Assembly (NCBI GenBank): GCA_030264375.1 | Contig: JASCQW010000190.1 | Span: forward strand, 44,046,321-44,106,283 | Length of the DNA: 59,963 nucleotides | Direction of reading: 5' to 3' | From: Carcharhinus longimanus | Taxonomy: Eukaryota | Shown: positions 47,961 to 59,963 of the stretch, in pieces | How the letters are laid out: each line of letters opens with the position of its first letter | Numbering within the stretch: the first letter of the stretch is position 1 | Notes under the pieces: generated by a model | Told to the model about the DNA's origin: nothing | Databases searched by the model: none | The model's input: only the letters and a program-made list of their open reading frames with translations | Made by a program: the position numbers and the translations under genes

Positions 47961-50536
47961 TCCTCACGTGTGAGTGTGGGTGCTGGGAGGTTGGTGCACT
48001 TGTCATGAATTATAGCCTTTGGGGATTTGTAATTTAGTACATTATTCTCTGTAAAGTGGCAGCGGCTGAGCAGACTACATCACAATGCTGAGCTGCTTGT
48101 TGGGGACCGGCTGTATCTGTTTCCTCCTTCGTGTCTGTGCACACTGGAAACTTGGATGAAGGAACTGGCTGGGTTGCTGGTTCGTTTTGCATGTTGTCAT
48201 GAATTGATTTTCATACTTTATGAGAAATATTTTTGCAGACAAAGAGTAACCTTTTCTAATTAAATTATAGATGCCCACAATTTATTACTCTGCAGCTACT
48301 GTTATAATGCTGATGAAATTTGATAACCTCAAACTAGTAAAAGTTGATAGCAAACAAAAATGCTGATAAAGCCCTCAAAACAAGTGGGCAACCAATTAGC
48401 TTTGAATTTACATTTGAAATGTCACTGAAAACAAGTTCATTTGTTACGCCATACAGCACGATTAGTGGGATTCATGTTGTGGCTAAGATTCCAGCACTTG
48501 TATGTGGTTTTGATCCTGTAATACCAAAGTGCTATTTATAGCAATTTTAGAAATGCAGGGGAGCTTGGTGATGAAGAAGAATCCAGCTTTATTTTCTGGA
48601 TAAGAGGCAAATATTGATTTTTTTTTTTGGGGGGGNNNNNNNNNNNNNNNNNNNNNNNNNNNNNNNNNNNNNNNNNNNNNNNNNNNNNNNNNNNNNNNNN
48701 NNNNNNNNNNNNAAATGACCACAAGTGTTCAGACTTGGTGTGATTTTGTAAGGTTCAGTACCCAGCTTCCCACTCCCAAAATAAGTTGCCTTTTGAAATT
48801 AAACATTTACAACACGTCCATGAAAAAAATGATTAGTTTAAGGTGCCTAACACTTTGTAGTGTGACTCAATATGTATTGGATTGCATTATTAATGAGACA
48901 TGATTTCTTGCCACCTTCATGCACGGTGGTAGCAATCATTAAAAACAGATATGTTTATATGTTTATCCCATCCAGTGTTGTGTGGATTTGGACCTTTGTA
49001 CTGTGATGTCAGTGTAATGGAGGTGAATGCATTTTGCTATCCACCTTTGTTTCAGCTATGTTTTATGCCAACGACTGAACATTAACATGATTAGTTCAAT
49101 TGTGAATGTATTTTAGAACTATTATGTGTAAATCACTCACAGCCACTCCATCTGAGATATATGTATGTAATCCAGGAAATTTGAAAGAGTGTAGTGAGAG
49201 TAATCTAACTAAGATTGTTCAGGTGAAATGTCGGTGGAGGTTGAGCTGTGCAGTGTTGACAACTTTTGGCTTCTGTCATTGCTGCTTTGTAGTTGACCGG
49301 CAGGAAGTTCATTTCTGTGGGACTAATTACTTGCTCACTCCATCGATCATTTTGATTTTATTAGTATCCAACGTTATTCTGATTGGAATTAGTTATTGTA
49401 TGCAGAGAAATCAACCTAATATTCTATATATTGTGAAAAAAAATCTGGCTGGTCTTGTGAAGCCTGGGTCTCCCCCCAGAACTTGACATTTCCTTTTTAA
49501 AGTTCTTTTAAAAATTGGTAATGTGTGCCACTTGACTTGGTAAAGTGCCATATATAAGCCTTGGTACCATATTAACCAGTAGAAGTGATTAAGGATGAGG
49601 TTGTAAATTCAAAGCAACCCTAAGTTTAAATGAAAATTTTTAAATTTGAATTTGGGAAAAATTGGGAAAAATTTGGGATCTTTGTCAGCTATTCCATGAA
49701 GTGCATTGTTCACCAGTTCATTGTTTCCCATCACCAGTTTTAAAATAATGTTGGTAACATGTCTGATCATTCACTTATACACAAGTTGTCCACCTTGCAC
49801 TTCCTCTAGGTGAGAAGAAGAAAAACACAACTTTACATTTTTGGGAACACCAGTTCAGTCTTGGCTATGTGTGAGCCAGGAACTGCAGTGAGTAATTAAG
49901 ATGTGGAATGCAGGATCTTAACGTTTTAATGCAGGTAGTTTGAATCCGGCTGTGTGCAGGCTTTTGAAGTGCCAAAGCGGACATGAATCTGAATGCTATT
50001 GATGTAAATTATGAATAGTTGGCGTGTCTGAGCTGGCTATCCAAAATTTATTGATGCATTTTGGAGCCAGCTCTAAGCCCGATTTTAGTTGCCAGGACCA
50101 TGACACATTTGTTTTGCCTTTTTGTTTGATGATTATGTGGATACTTTAGTTCTATATTGACATGTCTATCTCAAAGGTTTAGTAATAACTTCCAATTCTC
50201 TGACAATCTTAGCTATAAGTCTAATAGCTGAATCACTATTTGGATCTCTGGTTACATTCCTTACAGTCTGGCTTGCATCTTATTCAGAGGTTCTGTTGTT
50301 GAAACATCGCAAGGAAATTGGAAATTTGGAAATTATGTTGTGTCATTTAAACTCATGATAGGTTATTGCTTGAATTTTCTGACATGTCTCTGGAGTGTCA
50401 GCCATTAGGATATTAGGTCAGAGAGCTGGATGGCATATAGCCTCTTAGCTGCAATTAAGATATGTTTCCACTAACCCTATCCAAAAGTTTTTGCTGGTCA
50501 ATACCATTTATCGGGTGTACCCCTTTTAACACATTT

Positions 50537-50851
50537 CTTAGATTCCCCACAGTGCAGAAGGAGGCCATTTGGCGCATCAAGTATACACCAACAACAATCC
50601 CACCCAGGCCCTAACCCTGTAACCCCATGTATTTACCCCACTGATCCCTCCAACCTATGCGTCTTGGGACACTAAGGGGCAGTTCAACATGGCCAATCCA
50701 CCTAATCCGCACATCTTTGGACTGTGGGAGGAAGCCGGAGCACCTAGAGGAAACCCACACAGACACAATGTGTAAACTCACTGACAGTGACCAAAGCCAG
50801 GAATCAAACCCAGTCCCTGGAGCTGAGGCAGCAGTGCCATTGTGCCACCAC
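50537..50851 (-). mobile_element. HE1-like V-SINE
   Basis: Homologous to 10667-10987. Confidence 0.88.
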
Positions 50852-51554
50852 TGATTTCAATCAAGTACTACTGATTAATTTCAAACAATACAGTAACTGG
50901 GCAATGATGAGATATTCTTAAGTTCTGGCTGTGACTGTATTTTATCGTTCAGATGTAATCTTTAAAACAAAACAGCTGAAAATATTAGGCTGAGGTACAT
51001 TCCAATCTTACTGTTTGACTGCAATTTTGAAAACCTTCAGTGCTTAACTCTGAGTAAGTTACAGCGTGTAGTGGTGTGAGACGATCTGCACAGCACATTG
51101 AAAAGATGGAGATACGTTACTGCTAGGGGAGACTTATGTAAATTGGAGTGAATGTAAATAGTGTACAAGTATTTCTTTTTGTTTCACTGTATGCACTAGA
51201 TGTATAAAAATAAGGCATTTAGACTTCTGGTTATACATTGTGTAATTTAGCCTGCATCTTATCAGACATAGTGTTGTTAACAGCAGCTCAGAAGTGATAT
51301 TGCCAAAATAGTGCCGTGAAATTGGAGACCAAAAGATTATAATGTTTCATTTCATCCTAACATAACTTTTGATCTGTGATCTGCAGTCTTACTGAGAGCT
51401 GTTAAATAGTGCATGTTTTTTTTGAAGGAGTGGTTGCCTCGTGAGTAATGTGATCCATTTAAAAATGTTAGACCAGTAGTGGTTGTGTGTAATTCCAGTG
51501 AGTATGTGTAGATAGAAAATAAACCCTCTCTTTTTTTAATGAGGACTGATTCTG

Positions 51555-51750
51555 ACAGGATTGTTACCTGCATCACATGTCAATTGGCAAAGGGTCAAAC
51601 AAATTAGGGAATTAAACCCCTGGCTTAAAGGGTGATATGGGAAGAATGGATTTTGACTCGTGGTGCACTAGCACCAGCATAGGGGAAAGAGGGAGAAGTT
51701 CTCTTGGGATGTGCTCCATTTAAACCAGGCTAGGATCAGCATCCTGGAAT
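51555..51750 (+). mobile_element. CR1 ORF1 esterase fragment
   Basis: NWQRVKQIRELNPWLKG...FSWDVLHLNQ (SGNH 'DGLHLN' block) with stops. Confidence 0.65.
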
Positions 51751-51752
51751 TT

Positions 51753-52062
51753 CATAGAATAAATCATAGAATCCTACAGTGCAGAAGGAGGCCATTCTGC
51801 CCATCGAGCCTGTACCAACAATAATCCCACCCAGGTCATATCCCCGTAACCCCACGTATTTGCCCTCCTGATTCTCCTGATGCTAAGGGTCAATTTAGCA
51901 TGACCAATCAACATAATCAGCACATCTTTAGACTGTGAAAGGAAACTGGAGCACCAGGAGGAAACCCACACAGATAGAGAATGTGCAAACTTCACACAAA
52001 CAGTTACCCAAGGCCAGAAATGAACCAGGGTCCTTGGTACTGTGAGGTAGCAGTGCTAACCC
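51753..52062 (-). mobile_element. HE1-like V-SINE inserted into the CR1 remnant
   Basis: catagaat tail, V-domain, tRNA head (reverse). Confidence 0.88.
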
Positions 52063-52236
52063 TAATTCTGAAAATTGTATGAGTAGGGCTAGGGAGGAAT
52101 TAGTTAAAGGGAGATTTGGAGAAAAAAGTCAAGGCAATATAGCAATGTAACAATTTGGGTAAAGACAGACAGCGGGGCAGGAAGGGGTAAAGAGTTTAAT
52201 GGTAACTGTGCTTCAATAGATAAGATCTTTGCTACT

Positions 52237-52572
52237 GGGGAGGCAATGACATAGTGGCATTGTGGCTAGACTATTGATCCAGAAACTCAGCGAATGTTCT
52301 GAGGACCTGAGTTTGAATCCTGCTGTAACAATGGTGGAATTTGAATTCAGAAATAAATATCTGAATTAAGAATCAGCTCATGACCATGAAACCATTGTTA
52401 GAAAAACCCATCTGGTTCAATAATGTCCTTTAGGGAAGGAAATCTGCCCTCTTTACTTGGTGCTTCAGCAATGTGGTTGACTCCTAACTGCTCTCTGAAC
52501 AATGGCAGTCAAGGATGGGTAATAAATGCTGACTAGCCAGCAATGCCTGTGTCCCACAGGTGAATTAAAACA
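52237..52572 (+). mobile_element. Family B SINE
   Basis: Aligns with 8147-8518. Confidence 0.85.
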
Positions 52573-53614
52573 AGAACCATACCAGGCTTGAGCACTCCCA
52601 TTATATTTCTGACTGACTTTTATTGAGCTTTTCACTCTGAAGCTAGGTATGAAAGATTTGCTGTGACCATTTGGTGGTATTGTTGCAGACATTCAGCCAC
52701 GAAGATATATCAGAGAAGGACTTGATTGAATTGCTGTTATGTCTGCTACCATTTTTGGGTTTGATCCCAGACCAGAGGCTGTTGCACACAGTTGTGTAAA
52801 GTTGACAAACAACCCCATTTTTAAATTGAGAACAGGTTCCAACCTCAGAATCATAGATTTGTGTTGCACATAAATCTTCCATGGAAATACACACCACTGC
52901 TGTTAAGTGGGTGAATGTGTTTGATTTCGCAGGCAGAGAGGAATTCATTAGGCTGGTTGAAAAAAAAATTGAGCTGCCTTTTACTCTCACTGGATAACTC
53001 TGGCCTGCATTGTGAAGTTATTGGTAGGCACACTCTGCTACACCTAGTGACAGGAAATCAGTGTTTTGCTTCAAGTTTTTTCACTGGTAAATTGAAATGG
53101 ATCAGAGGACTGTGTTTCACGGGGAAACTTGTTGTGAGCAGACGAAGAACAGTAAATTGCACCATGCCTTTTTAATGATATCCAAGTTAATTACCGATTT
53201 TGTGTTGAGACTGTGGTATGTTGAAAATGCAGTTCAGTTACTGGATGGTGTTGCTCGTGCCCTGCATATTGTGTTGAACATTTCTCATTCAATGCAGCCA
53301 GAATTCACCATTCAGTGTGCAGGTTATCATAAAGTAAATTGCAGGTGTGCACATGCTGCTTAAACAGTATTATTTTTGTTAACTGCTTGCAGGGTGTTTT
53401 GATCTGAAGAGGTCATTTTGATTGCTTTGGCTAGCTTCTGTCGGCCTGAGCTGGGCCTGAAGACTGGAGAGAGGATGTGTGTGCCTCATAAATGAATGAC
53501 TTGTGTTTAGAATCTTTCACTACCGTAAACATTTGATTTGATTTATCACATGTACACAGTGAAAAGAATTGTTTTTTGCGCACTATGTAGACAAAGCATA
53601 CCATACATCCAAAT

Positions 53615-53900
53615 GTTATTTGAACTGCATTCACTGTTATAAAATGAGAACATGACAGCCAATGTGTGCATATCAAAGAACCATTAACAGCAATGTTGAG
53701 AGGTAAATATTAGAGAATTCTTCTCCTGAATTGAAGTAGAGCCGTGGGTTATTTTCTGTTCGTCTAAATTGATGTGTGGGACCTCAGTTTAAAACCTCAT
53801 CGGAAAAGTTGTACTGGGGTGTTAAGCTAGGTTTTATGTTCAGATCTCTAGAGTGGATCTGGAACCCACACATCTGACTCTGAGGTAAGAGAACTGCCAC
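53615..53900 (-). mobile_element. Degraded Deu-domain (SacSINE1-like) SINE
   Basis: Reverse complement shows a tRNA head (tctgactctgagg), gaggttttaaactgaggtccc and a Deu-like core. Confidence 0.55.
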
Positions 53901-54324
53901 ATCTGTTATCTGAGAGTGCAGATTTGTAAGAAATATTTCTATCCCCACAATACCACAGACTGTCACATGGGTGGGCCAAGTTGACTGAAGTGCAGAGATC
54001 GTTCTTCAACATCAACATTGCAAGCTGCTGATTTTTAGTTATGTGTTTGGTGATGAGAGGGGTGATAAAAGGATTTTTAAAAACCTTTTCTTCATTTGGA
54101 AGCTTCTTTTCAGATCTGTTCTAATTGATTAGTACCATATGTATATAATAGAAAGCTGCATTCACTTTGGATTCTATGGCACTCGATGCAGTTGCTCAAG
54201 TGTTTTACTCCAAACTGTGATTAATTCAAGTTTGTGTACTGGTTGGTGTTGGATTATCTCGTATATTAATATCTGTTAAGAATAAGAGACTAAATATTTA
54301 AAATGGCCCTTTTTTAAATTTTCT

Positions 54325-54720
54325 CAACTACAGAGAGAGGCTGGCTAGGCTGGGTTTTTTTCTTGGAGCAGAGGAGACTGAGGGATACATGATCGAGGTG
54401 CATAAAATTATGTGAGGTATACAAAATTGTGTGGGATGTAGGGTAGACAGGAAGAAAGAGGTCAATAATTAGGGGGCATAGATTTAAAAGGGAGTTGAGG
54501 AAAAGCTTTTTCACCAAGAGGGTGGTGGGAATCTGGAGCTGTCAGCCTGAAAGGGTAGTAGAGGCAGGAATCCTCACAACATTTAAGAAATATTTAGATG
54601 AGCACTTGAAACACCATAGTATGCAAGGCTACAGACCAACTGCTGGAAAATGGGATGAGAATAGATAGGTCCAGTGTGGGCAGAATGGGCCACAGTGCCT
54701 CCTTTTGTATTGTAAAATTT
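54325..54720 (+). mobile_element. CR1 3' region
   Basis: RLARLGFFLEQRRLRDT-like sequence, tttttcaccaagagggtggtgggaatctgga, 3' UTR. Confidence 0.8.
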
Positions 54721-55219
54721 GATGCAACAAAGTGTACGGTTGAACAATCATTGCATTTATGTCGCTTTTATCCCAAATAATGGTTGAAGTGCTGTGACAG
54801 TAATTAAGCTAAATAAAAGCAGCCCTTTCCCTATGCAACATGTTTCTAAGTGTTCTACTCCCCAATTTAAACAAAATATTTGCTTTTCTATGTTTTGAAT
54901 GGTACAGTTCTTTTTAATAGTGTGGTAATGGCTGTATGAGAGAATGGATGGTTTGGATGTCTTGAAAATGTCAATCAGTGATTTTTGATGAAAGAAGAAT
55001 AAAGAATGACCCAATTGAGATGTTTAAGAAGATTAAAGGATTTGATGGGGTTGATAATTTTGGTGAAAGAGTCGAGAACAAAGGGTCATAACTGTCAAAA
55101 TTTAGAGCTCGGCAGTTTGAAGCCATTCGTTTTTCGTCTTTGCTCCAAACTGTTTCCGAGATATCAACTCTATCTCGCTCTCTGGTAACAATCTGAGATT
55201 AAACTATTCTGTTTACAGC

Positions 55220-55875
55220 CTTAGTGTCACATTTGATCCTGAGGTGAGCTTCTGACCTCCTAATCGTGTTATCACCGAGATCACCTATTTACACAACATC
55301 TGTTGAAATCCTTGTTGATGCCTTTATTTCCTCTAGACTTGATATTTCCACTACCCTCTTGACTGGTCTCCCACATTCTACCCTCTGTAACCTTCAAGTC
55401 ATTTTAAGCCTTTGCTACCTGTCTTAACACAGCAAATCCTGTTCCCTATTACCCCTGTGCTCACTGACCTAGACAGGTTCCCAGTCAAGCAACATGAGTT
55501 TTAAAATTCTCACCCTCATTTTCAAATTCCTCCATGACCTTGTCCCTCACTGCTGATCTCCTCTAACTGCACAACCCTCTGAGATATCTGCCTCTCTATT
55601 TCTGCTCTCTTGTGCATTCCCAATTACAATTGCTGTCCTATTGGTGGTCGTGCCATTAGTTGCCTAGATCCTATGCTCTGGAATTCCCTCTCTACACCTT
55701 GCTTTCCTCCTTTAAGACGCTCTTTTTAAAATCTGCCTTTTTGACCAAGCTTTTGATCATCTGACCTGATTTCTCCTTTTGTGACTGAAGGTCATATTTT
55801 GTTTTATAGTGTCTTGTGAAACATCTTGGGCAGTTTCATTATGTTAAAGACACTGTGTGACTATAAATTGTTTTG
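55220..55875 (+). mobile_element. L2 LINE 3' portion
   Basis: Homologous to 44380-44700 and 32085-32462. Confidence 0.75.
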
Positions 55876-56168
55876 TCCATCAATAAGGCAGAATGGAAAT
55901 CTGGAACTCCATCTCACAGAAAGCTTGGGTCAATTGAAAATTTCAAAACAGGTTGAACTGAACTAATTGTGATTACATTACAGAATGACTTCAGTCGTTG
56001 TAAAGTGCTTTGGGACATCCTGCTATCACGAGAGGCACTATATAAATGTCTTTTTAGCTCATTTCAGTACTTCCTCGTGTGACCTCATCCTCTACTGCGG
56101 AAAGAGGAGTTGCCAGTTGTGTCAATGGCAGAGGCGTGTCTGTAGGTACACAAGGATAATCTGATTTG

Positions 56169-56303
56169 TTTTATTATTTCATGGGCTGTTGGGTGTCACT
56201 GGCTCAGACAGCATTTATTGCCCATCCCTAATGGCACTTGGGGATGGGTGATAAATACTGGACTAGCCAGGGATGCTTGCTGCAACCTGTGAAAAAATAA
56301 AAA
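56169..56303. repeat. Head-to-head inverted pair of family B 3' tails
   Basis: cagcatttattgcccatccc ... gggatgggtgataaatactgg; T-rich left end, A-rich right end. Confidence 0.65.
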
Positions 56304-56991
56304 TGATGTTCTCCCTCTTCAAGCAAACACCTCCCTTACCAGAAGCTTGGGCAGCGTATCCCTGTGTACTTGCAGAGATTTTGCATGTTGAGTGTTCAAA
56401 CATTTAAACAAGTGGATGTATTTAAGTTTTGATGGATTTGGTTGCAGAACAGCTGATGGCTGTTTCATTTTGCTTAGTTTCGATATTAGTGACACTAGGA
56501 TAATAAAGTAATAAAAACTGATTTATAGTTTTCACCCTTCCCACCTACTGTATTCCCACAAAGCACAATTGTGTGCTACAAAGTAGTAGAATTTAGAGAT
56601 GGGAATATTTTAAACATTTTTGTCTTTTTGTTTATGTTGAAAGTGGCAATTGCTTACAATCTTATCATTTGCACACTGCTTGCTGTCTCAATTCTTTAGG
56701 TATTAATTTATGCAGAAAACTAGATTAAAATGAAGCCAATAATGCTTCAAAAAATAGGATGATTAATATGTGAGACCAGTCTTCTATGCAAATAATTTTA
56801 CAATCTATATGCCTGTAGAGGATTACAGTGACTCTTGCTACAATGGTGAATTGGAAATGCACAGGATTACATGACTGCATAACATCCACTTAATTGTTGT
56901 TATGCTGGACAGGTAATTGGACAGTTTGTAACAAAATTGAAGGTGGTCATCTGGGTGTGTAGCAAAGCATATTTCCTGGAATATAGCATAT

Positions 56992-57101
56992 AGGCTGGAA
57001 TTTTACACCCTCCAGGGCGGCCGAGGCTTGTAGAATGGTATTCTCTTTGGCTTTCGATGGGATTTTACTAGCCTCATCCGATCAAAGTCGTAAAATCCTG
57101 C
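56992..57101. mobile_element. ~110-bp MITE
   Basis: aggctggaattttac ... gtaaaatcctgc. Confidence 0.55.
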
Positions 57102-58419
57102 AGAATCACAATCATTACAATGCAGGAGGCAGCCGTTCATTCCATTGTGTCTGCACCGACTCTCCGAATGAGCAATTCACTTAGTCCCCATCTTCTTCCT
57201 GTAACATATTTGGCAAATGCAAATTCTTCATAATTAAGCAGGTCACTGCAGTGTAAGTATCTTTCATGTGGCTTTCTCTCATCTCCATGTACTGAAACGG
57301 ATCCCAAGAGTCTGTTCAATGACTTTGAGGCCAGTGAACTGACCAAATTGTTTTTTTGCACAATACCTCGGGTTGCTTTGAAAAATGGGAAAGGAGACAA
57401 ACTGACCAGGGATTTGTAGAAAATGCGCTGTGCTGGGACAACTTTAACTCTAAAGTCACGACATGCTGATCTTGATGCAATGAACTTGAAGTTTTTGATT
57501 TCCCTTTACTGTGTGGTACCTCTGTGTAGGGGTTCTCTGCACTTCACTTCTTATCCAAGTGCTGCTCAATTCCTCTTGTATGAAGCTGTTGTTTTCAAAT
57601 TTGCTTGTGATGTTCACACACTAATCCTAACACAGTAGTTTCCACAGATATTAATCCAAAAAAGTCTTTTTGGTTTAGTGATAATTCTTCTGTACTTCCG
57701 GTGATTACAGAAACAAAGGGTTTTTGAAACAGTATTTTACCATTGCCAGTTGATGAATTTTGAAACTCTAATTTCTTTGCGTGGCCATGCCAAGCAAACA
57801 GTGAATGGTCTCGATCCCTTAAACCTTTTGAAGGTCATTCACATTTAACAACTTGTGCATCATGATTTGCTCCTGAAGAGCATGGAGCCTTGTTGGAGAT
57901 GCATGAGTTGGAGTTTGTGCTTTAAGGCCATCGTACCATTTAGTTATCCATGCTGCAGTTCAATAATGCTCTGAATGCAACATTGCTGAATTTGTCCTTT
58001 TGAATTTTGATTCCAAATTCATTTCGTTGACAGCTTTTGCTGCCGTTGCCTTGGGAGGTCAGTGAAGCGTGGCATTGTTTGAGGAGTCCCAGTCGCCACA
58101 TTTTTCATCAGATTGTTGAATTTAGTTCCTTGCTGTGGGGCTGTACTGATTATGGACCATTATAAACTGGAACATTATTTTCATCTTGACATTGTGACTT
58201 ACTGAGAATTGGAAAACAGTCTTTTGATGCTTTGCTGTTCAGGCACAGTTGTCTTTTGTCTTGAAAATTCGTGCCTCTGTATTTGTGTTGAATGAATCTA
58301 CCTCCTGACCTTATCCAAAGCACTGCTACCTGTTCCTCAACTTTATTGCAGTGTGAATGTAAATCTACTTGTGACTAATAAGTAAACTTTGTTCCAAATA
58401 GTCGTTCACCTTTCAGACC

Positions 58420-58800
58420 CATGCTCATTGATGGACATGGCTCTTTCTGGCCACATCTTTATTTAAAAAAAGCTCTCATCCTTGTTTTCAAATGCAGCCA
58501 TGACCTTGCACTTCTGTGACCTTTTCTGTGAGCCAGTGCTCCTCCAACTCTCACATCCTACATTTTTACTGCTGCACCAATGGGGACCATGATTTCAGCT
58601 GCTTAAGCTCTGGAATTCCCTTGATGGCCTTTCTGCCCCTCTATCTCTCTCAAGTTTCTCCTTCAAGCCAATATGTTGAGCAAGCTTTTAGTCACCTGAC
58701 CTCATTATCCTCTTATGGCTTTGTCAGATTTTGTCAGTTAATTCTCCTGTGAAGCCCACTGGGATGTCTTTACTCTGGAGATGCTATATAAATGCAAGTT
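58420..58800 (+). mobile_element. L2 LINE 3' end
   Basis: Ends gatgctatataaatgcaagtt; homologous to the other L2 ends. Confidence 0.65.
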
Positions 58801-59694
58801 GGATATGTTTGAATGTGCCTCTGTCCATATTCAGCTGATGCCTCTGACACTGATTATATTGAAACCACCAGTTAGAAGTTTCTGCTTGTTTTCTGCATTG
58901 TAGCTGCCAAGTTTGTTTTCAACAGAATTTAAGAACAATCAATGCTGGAATGATACAGGAAGGAGAAAGAATATGATACATTGTGGTATATTTTCACACA
59001 CAACTACTTGATGGAGAAGAAAAGCCGATTGTAACTTTAAACCAGTAGTTCCAAATTGGCAGATATTTGGCCTTGCACATTCTTCTGAAATAACCTCTCC
59101 AGCAGAGTTTGGCCGCACAACCCTGTTTTCACTGTGACAAAAATACTTCAGAACAGAGGTGCAACCATGTATTTAAATAGGATTACTGTTCAAAAAGAAA
59201 CATGTTTGCAGCCAAATGTAATTTAAATATACCTTTGCAAACTGCATGTTCAGGGAGTGGGAACAAACTGGACAATTCTTAAGTTCACAATGGGGAGGGG
59301 TGGGAGTTGTAATATTTGAAACTGAGTAGGAAAGAAAATGACTTAAAGGTTTGTTCACTTCTCTCTGCCGCAGCCCCCCCACCCCTTCAGTTGTACCTAC
59401 GTCTTCTGGAATGGACTAGTGCAAAGCCATAGATGGGATTATTCCTTCACAAAAACATTTGCAGTCATTTGTAATTCAAATCTACCTTGGCAAACTGTAT
59501 GTACGTAGTCTTTGCAAATTATAAATAACTGGCACTACATTGGAATTTGGCTAGATAATTTCCATCTGTTTGCAAAGGTTTTGGAACATCTGAACTGATG
59601 CATTAAAGCAGGAGAGAGTCAGTTGGAATGATTTTTGTCCTTTTGGATGTGGAAGTGTGGCTAAATATGTTTGGTCAGGATTGAATCTTTTTGA

Positions 59695-59800
59695 CAGCAA
59701 AAACAGAAAATTCTGGAAAATCTCAGCAGGTCTGACAGCATCTGTGGAGAGAGATTAGAGGCAGTGTTTTGAGTCGGGGATGATCTTTTGTCAGAGCTGG
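59695..59800. mobile_element. Penelope-derived short repeat with decayed hammerhead (minus strand)
   Basis: aaaacagaaaattctggaaaatctcagcaggtctgacagcatctgtggagag; minus strand agct-CTGACAA-aagatc...actc-AAAA. Confidence 0.55.
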
Positions 59801-59884
59801 TATCTTTTCGGATTGCGCAGCTGTATTTTGGCCAAAATAAGTGCAGAAGGTTGTGAATAAACATTCAGCACAAATTGACATGCC

Positions 59885-59963
59885 ATGAACATAGAACATA
59901 GAACATTACAGCGCAGAACAGGCCCTTCGGCCCACGATGTTGCGCCGACCAGTTAAAACAATG
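59885..59963 (-). mobile_element. 3' end of a young CR1 LINE (runs off the window)
   Basis: (catagaa)n repeat, the reverse of the TTCTATG tail; CpGs retained. Confidence 0.8.

Noticed and set aside
47508-48037. Proline-rich ORFs
   Set aside because: Translation of a C-rich low-complexity tract
1-59963. CRISPR arrays, operons or other prokaryotic/viral systems
   Set aside because: The sequence is vertebrate repeat-rich DNA, with no regularly spaced repeats or gene-dense segments

Overview
Repeat-rich, non-coding vertebrate DNA, almost certainly from a shark (elasmobranch), judged from HE1/V-SINEs, CR1 and L2 LINE debris, Deu-domain SINEs and Penelope-type palindromic elements. It has many scaffold gaps. 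No intact protein-coding gene is supported; the ORF-track hits are LINE fragments, gap read-throughs or chance. The only gene-like signals are a CpG-enriched promoter/first-exon region at about 46.4-47.3 kb (+ strand, gene unidentified), an RFX X-box with a CCAAT box at about 37.0 kb, and a few candidate small exons. The most interesting items are (1) a ~680-bp TSD-flanked Penelope-type palindrome with a minimal hammerhead ribozyme motif in each arm, plus a 155-bp mini version; (2) a U2 snRNA-derived sequence with an internal duplication over the branch-point-pairing region and an A-rich tail; (3) visible SINE/LINE tail sharing and tail swapping; and (4) two exon-like segments that both end in AT|gtaaga. 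Family assignments come from recalled motifs, not database searches, and repeat boundaries are approximate.
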